From a virus (Duplodnaviria; Caudoviricetes), in IMG/VR virus record IMGVR_UViG_3300021185_002017: DNA of 64,000 bases; one strand, 5' to 3'. Positions 57,378 through 64,000 of the stretch are shown one piece after another. Positions within the stretch are counted from its first letter, which is position 1, and each line of letters begins with the position of its first letter. The position numbers were made by a program, and so were the translations under genes. Below the pieces are notes generated by a model. That model worked only from the letters and a program-made list of their open reading frames with translations, had not been told where the DNA came from and made no database searches.

Positions 57378-57836
57378 TTACCATACAAGCACCAACACAT
57401 GCCTATATCCTTTAGTAAGTTTTGTTACACCGTGCAATCTACCTTTGGGATGAAAAATATGGTCGCCTGATTTCATGTCAACAATTTCAAACTTATCTGT
57501 TTTTATACAAGTTTCTCCACCTTGTAAGTCGCTAGATGAATCTAATAAAATAATACTGGTTCCATAAGTACAGTCATCGTAGTGCATGTCGGCTTTTGCA
57601 CCAGCATTATATTTTAATAGTTTTATAACTGGCTGATGATCATCAGGTATATCCTCTGCAGGCTTTGTCACCAGTGATAGTATTTTGCTGTATAATGAAT
57701 CTGTTTTGTCTATGTAGCATTTTAGAACATCAGTAAGATATTCTCTACTTATGGGGCCGGTTTTTTCACCTTTTGCACCTGCGTAGAAATCGCCGGATTC
57801 AATTAAAGGTGTACATAATGTTAATAGTTTGTTCAT
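57378..57836 (-). CDS. 2OG-Fe(II) oxygenase
   Basis: LLKY..HYD..GGET..HGVT..G.RHVLV. Confidence 0.8.
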   Translation of the reverse strand: MNKLLTLCTPLIESGDFYAGAKGEKTGPISREYLTDVLKCYIDKTDSLYSKILSLVTKPAEDIPDDHQPVIKLLKYNAGAKADMHYDDCTYGTSIILLDSSSDLQGGETCIKTDKFEIVDMKSGDHIFHPKGRLHGVTKLTKGYRHVLVLVW

Positions 57837-58507
57837 TGCAATGAGTAATAGTCTGCTAATCTCATTGCCCATTTATTGCAGTATTCTTCGAATTCGTCAC
57901 CATTAATAACAAAGTCAGCGTATTTGCCTTCTCTGTCGATCATTAAAATAGCAACTTGTTTGATGTTTGTACCAAACATTTCATTGTGTGCTAGTGCGTA
58001 TGCACAGCCTTGCATGAAGTAATCTTCAATCCATTCACGCTTTTTAATCTTTTTAGCAGTCTTGAAGTCTATAATACTTTCAACACCGTTAAACATGCCC
58101 ACAGCATCGCTTGTACCTGCGTATAAGCCTTGAGCTATTAGTGCTACTTCAACACCCCATATCTCATCTACTTGGCTTAAACCTTTGTCGATCATTTCAT
58201 CAACCATGTTTTTAGCCATAATACTTATGTGGTTATTACCTTTGATTTCGTACTCTTCAAGTAATACATATTTTTCTAAAGCATTATGTACTTTGGTACC
58301 TAAGCCTGCACTTTCTTGACTAATTCTGTTTGCTTCAGCATCGCCTACTCGCTTACGCCAGTTAATAAGTGCTGTCTTATCACCAGTATCAGAAAGTACT
58401 GTTGTGACACTTGGCACTGGTTGATTATCATCACCTGTGTATTGGCGTTGTCCGTTTTTTGCTGTTACCCTTTTGAGAGTCGGGTAAGTGAATTTTTCTA
58501 CAAGCAT
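57833..58507 (-). CDS. PD-(D/E)xK exonuclease
   Basis: PSVTTVL, GTKVH, E..YAGTSD..IIDFKT, QGCAYA. Confidence 0.88.
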   Translation of the reverse strand: MLVEKFTYPTLKRVTAKNGQRQYTGDDNQPVPSVTTVLSDTGDKTALINWRKRVGDAEANRISQESAGLGTKVHNALEKYVLLEEYEIKGNNHISIMAKNMVDEMIDKGLSQVDEIWGVEVALIAQGLYAGTSDAVGMFNGVESIIDFKTAKKIKKREWIEDYFMQGCAYALAHNEMFGTNIKQVAILMIDREGKYADFVINGDEFEEYCNKWAMRLADYYSLQ

Positions 58508-58534
58508 TAAGTATACCTTTATTAGTTAAGATGT

Positions 58535-58563
58535 ATTATAACATGTGATGGATGTTGTGTCAA
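58535..58563 (-). promoter_or_regulatory. sigma70-type promoter
   Basis: TTGACA-17 nt-TATAAT. Confidence 0.8.
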
Positions 58564-58564
58564 T

Positions 58565-58589
58565 AAAAAAGGCACTTAAAAATGCCTTT
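58565..58589 (-). terminator. intrinsic terminator
   Basis: AAAGGCAT/GTGCCTTT stem followed by T tract. Confidence 0.7.
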
Positions 58590-58610
58590 CTTTTCAATAA
58601 CTTATAGGTA

Positions 58611-58928
58611 TTACCAACTAATATTCCACTGTAATGCTGTTGCATCGTTTGGATTTGTAATAATACTAACACCGTATCCTAACTTAGTGAAGTAGTTTTT
58701 TACATAGTTAAGTTGATCTAATTTAGTTGGATCTGTTGTAATGTTGTTCCATACATAGTAGTACACATTACTGTTAGTCATTGTAGAATTGTTTACATTT
58801 GCATATAGTATGCCAGCATCAACATTAGCATATACTGCGTTCTCAATAGCAGTTACTTCGTTGTGAATTACAGTATTGTTTCTAGTACTGCTTCGTGCTG
58901 TTTTAGCATTTATAAATATGCCTGGCAT
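58611..58928 (-). CDS. hypothetical (probably structural) protein
   Basis: N/T-rich 105 aa ORF in late operon. Confidence 0.7.
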   Translation of the reverse strand: MPGIFINAKTARSSTRNNTVIHNEVTAIENAVYANVDAGILYANVNNSTMTNSNVYYYVWNNITTDPTKLDQLNYVKNYFTKLGYGVSIITNPNDATALQWNISW

Positions 58929-58930
58929 TG

Positions 58931-59269
58931 CTATGCTATCTCCGTGTTCATTGCAGTACTTGCTGCACCTTGAGCTAAGTCAGATACTGTGTCTGCTGCT
59001 TCTTCCCCGTCATCTGTGCTTACTTCGTCGGGTAATTGATTCTTAGTTTTAATGACTTCTCTGTTTACACTACTAGCATGTCCGCTCTTATCAATTGCTG
59101 CAATAAGTTCGTCTGTTGTAGTAACATATCCTTGCTTGGCTAGAAGTGCTCTAAATTGTTCAGTAGGAATATCCGTCTCACCTTTTGCTCCTACTTTTGT
59201 AAGTAGATCTTGAACAGTAAGAATTAAATCGGAAAAATATCCCTCTGATATCACTTCTCTAATTAGCAT
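58931..59269 (-). CDS. putative head protein with processing leader
   Basis: leader MLIREVISE. Confidence 0.55.
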   Translation of the reverse strand: MLIREVISEGYFSDLILTVQDLLTKVGAKGETDIPTEQFRALLAKQGYVTTTDELIAAIDKSGHASSVNREVIKTKNQLPDEVSTDDGEEAADTVSDLAQGAASTAMNTEIA

Positions 59270-59270
59270 G

Positions 59271-60578
59271 TTAAACCTCTACAGGTGTTCTGCCTAATGG
59301 TTCTTCTTCTGGGCCTGCCGCTGCTGGTTCGTTAACATCCATTGCTGGCTCTTCTAATCCTACTTCAGGTTCTGCAGGTGCGCCTAAGTCAGCAGTGTCA
59401 CCTAAACCCATATCGTCAGTGTTTACAATTGTGCCTGCGCCGATTAAACCTGCTATAGCATTATCAATGCCATCTTTAGCAAGTTTTGAATTTTCTAAGT
59501 ATCCGCTTAGTAAACCATTAACACTGTCTGCAAAAGTAGCTGCTGCTTGAGCACCCATTTCGCCACGCATTTGATCTGCAATTGCAGGAAGACTTTCATT
59601 CATCATACGACCAATTTCTTCTACATGTCCTTGTATGTCGTCTGCTAATGCTCTTACTGCCATTACAACTTCTGCTTCTTCGATACTTGTACCTTCAACT
59701 TCTTCGTTTAGCATGTCGTCTATAATACTATCAAACATTGTGCTTTCGTTTTTCTTTTCGTCTTCAGTGTCGCCTGTTACTTCGTACTCTTCGCCGTCTA
59801 CTGTAAATTTCTTTTCGCCTTTAGCAATAGCGTCTTTTCTTGCGCCTGTGAATTTGTTTTGCTCTGCTACTTTAGCACCAAACATTTTAATACCGTTTGC
59901 AACTGCATCTTCATCTAAACCGTTTAAGAAACCAACAACTGCGTCTCTACTTTTTTCTGTTACTTTAGCAAAAGATTCTAACTTCTCTTCAATTGCTTCT
60001 AGGCTTTCTGTACCTGTTAATTCAACACCACACTCTTTAGCAAGTTCTCTAAGCAATGAATCGTTAAGGTCTGTTTCTGGGATATACTCGCCTTCTTCTT
60101 CAATACTTTCGTGATTCATACCACATGATTCCAAGTAGTTTTTTGCTGCTGAAAGGATAATTGGCATAACATGTTCATCATCGTATGCAAAACGAGAGTC
60201 CATTCTGTACTGATTCATGCATTCGCCACAAGCCTCGTCTACAGTGTAGCCGCTGTCCATTAAACTACAAACACTAGCATTAATCATTTCTTTCATCTCA
60301 CCATGTGCTGGTGATTCTGCGTACATGCCTTCGCTAATCATAGTTGTAAGAACATCTTTGATGCCTAAAAACTTTGCGTAATCAGGATCTTGTTGAAACT
60401 TAGTTTTACCGCTTTTGATTAAAGCAATACTTTTGTTAGCAGTTTCTAGTAAACTGTCTAATTTTGCTTTCTTAGGAAATCCGGAGGTCTTCAATGACAC
60501 ACCAAATTCTTCCTTTAGCATTTTGTTAACTTTGGCAATCTTCTTTGCCCCGTTTTGGTTGAATTCTTTTAAAAACAT
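59271..60578 (-). CDS. putative prohead core/scaffold-like protein
   Basis: very acidic, helical, many (I/L)xE sites, Pro/Glu tail. Confidence 0.5.
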   Translation of the reverse strand: MFLKEFNQNGAKKIAKVNKMLKEEFGVSLKTSGFPKKAKLDSLLETANKSIALIKSGKTKFQQDPDYAKFLGIKDVLTTMISEGMYAESPAHGEMKEMINASVCSLMDSGYTVDEACGECMNQYRMDSRFAYDDEHVMPIILSAAKNYLESCGMNHESIEEEGEYIPETDLNDSLLRELAKECGVELTGTESLEAIEEKLESFAKVTEKSRDAVVGFLNGLDEDAVANGIKMFGAKVAEQNKFTGARKDAIAKGEKKFTVDGEEYEVTGDTEDEKKNESTMFDSIIDDMLNEEVEGTSIEEAEVVMAVRALADDIQGHVEEIGRMMNESLPAIADQMRGEMGAQAAATFADSVNGLLSGYLENSKLAKDGIDNAIAGLIGAGTIVNTDDMGLGDTADLGAPAEPEVGLEEPAMDVNEPAAAGPEEEPLGRTPVEV

Positions 60579-60638
60579 TTTTATTAATCCCAGGTATTAA
60601 ATTCTCTATTACTGTTATTTATCATCTTTGTGAACATT

Positions 60639-61028
60639 TTAGTTGAACCGTTTGAGTTCGTCTTTGGTATAATTGAACTTACATATTGTATCAAACAGTC
60701 TTGCTTCAACTACTTGGGATTTTGTAAAGTCTTTTGTGTTTTTTATAGTGTGTCTATAGAACATTATGTCGTTTTTACACCTATAATACTGTCCCATTAG
60801 CCCTTCTAACTTAATTTTAATAGTTATACTAGGTGCTTTTCCTTTATTACGAAGTCTGCATAAGTATGATGCAACACATTTCATTGGAATTTCTGTTGCT
60901 ACTAAAGATTTAGTAATGTGCTCTTGCACAGCAAATGAATCGTTATGTTTGGTTACAACATACACACCTTTTTTAGCAACATTAGTGGCTATAGTGTCTA
61001 ATTGCTTGGTAAGTCTTTGCTTGTTCAT
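60639..61028 (-). CDS. hypothetical protein
   Basis: ATG 5 nt after ATAAATA. Confidence 0.65.
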   Translation of the reverse strand: MNKQRLTKQLDTIATNVAKKGVYVVTKHNDSFAVQEHITKSLVATEIPMKCVASYLCRLRNKGKAPSITIKIKLEGLMGQYYRCKNDIMFYRHTIKNTKDFTKSQVVEARLFDTICKFNYTKDELKRFN

Positions 61029-61051
61029 ATAGGTATTTATGAACTGGTGTT

Positions 61052-61273
61052 CTATAATTTTTGTTTTGCTGAGTATATAATGTAGCACTCACACCCATTT
61101 TTGTTTACTTTATTGAAAATATTTTTTTGATGCATTACATCACAGAGATGTGCATCACGCTCAGACAGTTCATTTAATTTTAAACCGCCAAACAGTTCAG
61201 CCTGATCATATAGTTGTGTTTCAAACTTGTTAATTAGACTTAAGATGTTATCTTTACCTTTTACTGCTTTCAT
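61052..61273 (-). CDS. hypothetical protein
   Basis: coupled to upstream gene. Confidence 0.65.
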   Translation of the reverse strand: MKAVKGKDNILSLINKFETQLYDQAELFGGLKLNELSERDAHLCDVMHQKNIFNKVNKNGCECYIIYSAKQKL

Positions 61274-61947
61274 ATCTTTTGCTGATGCCTTGACTTTTTA
61301 GGCTTACCGTATCCGCCTGTTTGTAAAGTAGCCTCGGCATGCATTGCTGCCATGTGCTTCTTATATTTTTTAGTGCCTTTTTTATGTGGGCTTTTGCCTT
61401 CAGGCATAGTATCTTTGATATCTTTAACCATATCAGGATGTCTAAATTTGCGTAAAATCATTGATTCTATTTGTCGTGTTCTTTCTCTAGTAATACCAAA
61501 CATTTTGCCAACATCTTCTAAACTATGTTGGTCCTCACCGTCAAGTCCATATCGTAAGGCTATAAGTTTTCTTTCTGCAGGTTTTAGTGTATCTAACATT
61601 TTAGAAAGTTTTTCATTTCTCTGCCTGTCCCTTATGTCTTTATCTAAGTCTTGATCGTATGTTAAGTCGTCATCGTCGAATGAATCAAAGTCTTGTGCTT
61701 TGTTTACAGGATCTCTATCATCTAAATGTGGCATAGGTTGTTGCCTGTAAGTTTTGCCATCTGGATTATACAGAGATGCTTGTTGATTTGCATTTGCTTC
61801 GCTTGTTTTTTTCTTCTTTTTCTTTTTAGGAGTTGTATTAGCAAACACACTTGCATTAGGTCTTTTTTGCATAGCACCCATAGGAGCTGCAACGGTAGCA
61901 ATACCACCTGCACTAGTTGTTTCTTGAATAATATCGTTGATCTTCAT
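61270..61947 (-). CDS. modular protein with free-standing sigma70 region 4 HTH
   Basis: LRYGL..SLEDVGKMFGITRERTRQIE..LRKFRHP; leader MKINDIIQE. Confidence 0.85.
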   Translation of the reverse strand: MKINDIIQETTSAGGIATVAAPMGAMQKRPNASVFANTTPKKKKKKKTSEANANQQASLYNPDGKTYRQQPMPHLDDRDPVNKAQDFDSFDDDDLTYDQDLDKDIRDRQRNEKLSKMLDTLKPAERKLIALRYGLDGEDQHSLEDVGKMFGITRERTRQIESMILRKFRHPDMVKDIKDTMPEGKSPHKKGTKKYKKHMAAMHAEATLQTGGYGKPKKSRHQQKI

Positions 61948-61968
61948 AGTAGTATTTACCGTTTTTAA

Positions 61969-62505
61969 TTATGTTAGTCTAACGTTTACAATGTCCCAGT
62001 TAATAATACGCCACATATTGTTTAAGTATTTGCCTTTGTCATGTTGGTAATCTAATGCCCAAGCATGTTCCCACCAGTCAACTAACATTGCAATGTCATT
62101 TTTAACTTGATGATTAACTATTGTTTTGATATCACCGGATGTACTCATGTATACCCAGCCGCTACCTTGTATCTTCATTGCTACTTCTTCGAACTGTTCT
62201 TTGAATGTAGCAAAGTCTCCATACTTACTGTCTATAAGTTCTTTACTTGCACCAGTAGGATTATTACTACCACCTGGTGCTTTCAATTGTGGAAAAAATA
62301 TATTGTGTAAGAATGCACCTGCTTCCATAAACTGTGCATCGCCTTTGCCCTCGTTAAATTTTGTAACGTATGCTTTAGCAAGTTTACCATAGTGAAAGTT
62401 AATTGTGTCCTCACTCATAACAGGATCGAGATCGCTTTTACCGTAAGGTAATCTTTCTTGTACAAGTACTTTCTTTTCTTCTGTTAAAAAATCATTTAAG
62501 TTCAC
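61969..62505 (-). CDS. sod: Fe/Mn superoxide dismutase with N-terminal extension
   Basis: LPY, FHYGK, LHN, GSGW, DWWEHA; four metal ligands present. Confidence 0.92.
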   Translation of the reverse strand: MNLNDFLTEEKKVLVQERLPYGKSDLDPVMSEDTINFHYGKLAKAYVTKFNEGKGDAQFMEAGAFLHNIFFPQLKAPGGSNNPTGASKELIDSKYGDFATFKEQFEEVAMKIQGSGWVYMSTSGDIKTIVNHQVKNDIAMLVDWWEHAWALDYQHDKGKYLNNMWRIINWDIVNVRLT

Positions 62506-63398
62506 TTCTTTTTTCCGCCTTTCATGTTAGCACACCAGTGATACATTTTGCCTTTTTCACCACTATACTTTTTAGCCTTTGCTCTTAAACTTGTTACAGA
62601 ACCTTTACAACTAGCACCTGCTTTTTTGACTCTACCAGGCTTGCTTTTGCCTTTCTTCTTACCGTCTGCAAAGTTTTCGTCGATTGCATTTAATAATGCT
62701 TGAAGGTCTTGCATTGCTTCTATTGTTTCGTATATGCTACCGCCAAACTTAACACTTGAAGTTTTCTTCTTTTTCTTCTTTTTCTTTTTCTTGTACGGTG
62801 CTAGTGTACCTATTCCTAAAAATCCTCTACTAACAGGAGCATCCATAGTAGGAGCATCGCCTGGATCAGCACCACCTACATCACCACCTGCATCACCACC
62901 GGAATCGCCTCCGCCTGTTGCTGCACCACCATCACCACCTGCACTTGCACCACCACTGGCTCCACCTGAGCCTCCTGCTCCGGCTCCACCGCCGGCTCCA
63001 CCACCACCGCCTCCGGCGCCGTCTTCGTATGTTTCTTCGTCTCTGGCTTTACTACTGTAATGCTTTATTAATTCTTCTATAGTAGCATCGACTCTAATTG
63101 CTTTAACTTTATCTAAGTCTAATTCTAATGCTACATCATATCTATGATGTCCGTTGACAATAAAATTATTTTTGTCTATAATTATAGGTCTTATACTACC
63201 ATCATCAAAGCCACGCTTTGCTTTATCTTTTAATCCTTTTACTCGTTGCTTTTGCACAGGCTTTAGATTAGATACTGATATGTTTCCTAACTTATATGAG
63301 AAAGGGCCGTCGTCAAGATCAGGTTGCCTAATCTGAGGCATAATCTTTCGCGGGAAGTTTTTTTCTTGCTCCGGCCTTTGTAACTCAGAAAGTTTCAT
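62502..63398 (-). CDS. ParB/sulfiredoxin-like domain, Gly-rich linker, poly-Lys and basic module
   Basis: PIIIDKNNFIVNGHHR; 40-aa G/A tract; K10. Confidence 0.7.
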   Translation of the reverse strand: MKLSELQRPEQEKNFPRKIMPQIRQPDLDDGPFSYKLGNISVSNLKPVQKQRVKGLKDKAKRGFDDGSIRPIIIDKNNFIVNGHHRYDVALELDLDKVKAIRVDATIEELIKHYSSKARDEETYEDGAGGGGGGAGGGAGAGGSGGASGGASAGGDGGAATGGGDSGGDAGGDVGGADPGDAPTMDAPVSRGFLGIGTLAPYKKKKKKKKKKTSSVKFGGSIYETIEAMQDLQALLNAIDENFADGKKKGKSKPGRVKKAGASCKGSVTSLRAKAKKYSGEKGKMYHWCANMKGGKKK

Positions 63399-64000
63399 TA
63401 TCTCATTGATACCTGTACTGCTGGTCCATTCATCTTGTCACCCCAATCCAATGAACCCAATTTAAACTTGTCTAAGTGATTTTTATAATCATCTACATCA
63501 AATGCTAAACTTTTCTTGCCGCCAAGTTTTAAGAACAAGAACATACTAAAGCCTTTTTCTTTGAGTATGTTTGCATAACTGCTGTAAGATATTTCGCCTG
63601 CTAGTGTACTTGCATCCGCTCTATCCATGCCAGTGTAGTTTGCAATCATATAGTTAATCATGCTTTTATCGCCATATTTAAATGTAGCAGTAAATAGTTC
63701 TTGTATGTATGCTTTACCTGCACCTGCTGCAAGTGTGTCTAATTGAGTAGCAATATCCAGGAAGTGTGTTCCTGCTCTACTACCTGCGTTACCACTTGGT
63801 AAACGTTGTGGTCTATCTTCTGGTGCAATTTTAAACTTGTCGTAAACTGCATCTAACTGTGGCTGTCCGTAGTCGGCATTACTATTTTTAAGTCTGCCAC
63901 CACCACTTGACTTCTCACCTTTAACTTCAACTTCGACACCATCAATTTTTAAATCACCTACACTAGCAAATGTAATGTTAGGTGCTAACAGTGCAAGACC
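63398..64000 (-). CDS. partial gene, possibly PD-(D/E)xK-fold (5' end outside window)
   Basis: frame open to window edge: GLALLAPN..VGDLKIDGVEVEVK. Confidence 0.5.
   Translation of the reverse strand, partial: GLALLAPNITFASVGDLKIDGVEVEVKGEKSSGGGRLKNSNADYGQPQLDAVYDKFKIAPEDRPQRLPSGNAGSRAGTHFLDIATQLDTLAAGAGKAYIQELFTATFKYGDKSMINYMIANYTGMDRADASTLAGEISYSSYANILKEKGFSMFLFLKLGGKKSLAFDVDDYKNHLDKFKLGSLDWGDKMNGPAVQVSMR

Noticed and set aside
62734-63060. Pro-rich and poly-Phe ORF
   Set aside because: Reverse complement of the Gly-rich and poly-Lys tract
1-64000. CRISPR array, transposon, or stop-codon recoding
   Set aside because: No spaced direct repeats or transposase seen; known genes are full-length in code 11 and no suppressor tRNA is present

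Overview
AT-rich, gene-dense segment of a large T4-like (jumbo-type) tailed phage genome, probably from an aquatic or marine phage of a proteobacterium (inference from sigma70 TTGACA/TATAAT early promoters, T4-like late TAAATA boxes and gene content). The standard bacterial code reads through all genes. It holds host-like genes (rpsU/bS21, clpX, def, queD, uvdE, Fe/Mn-SOD, nrdAB), 12 tRNAs with encoded CCA, and many glycan/tailoring enzymes (glycosyltransferases, 5 SGNH-like proteins, about 7 2OG-Fe(II)/cupin oxygenases, a sulfotransferase, a methyltransferase, a nucleotidyltransferase-HAD-cupin operon). It also holds a GH6 glucanase, a lipase, an S8 protease, a PAAR-like spike and a tail-fibre-like protein. 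Most striking: (1) a family of proteins with T4-style capsid-targeting-like N-terminal leaders ending in (I/L)-x-E. Their cargo includes a free-standing RpoD region-4 domain, an SOD and a ParB-like domain, which suggests a packaged and injected payload. (2) At least 13 genes whose ATG lies 5-6 nt after a late TAA(A/G)TA box with no Shine-Dalgarno (leaderless late mRNAs), in a phage that encodes an extended bS21. (3) A switch-like queD leader and several structured ncRNA candidates. All family calls come from motif recognition by eye; no database search was run.
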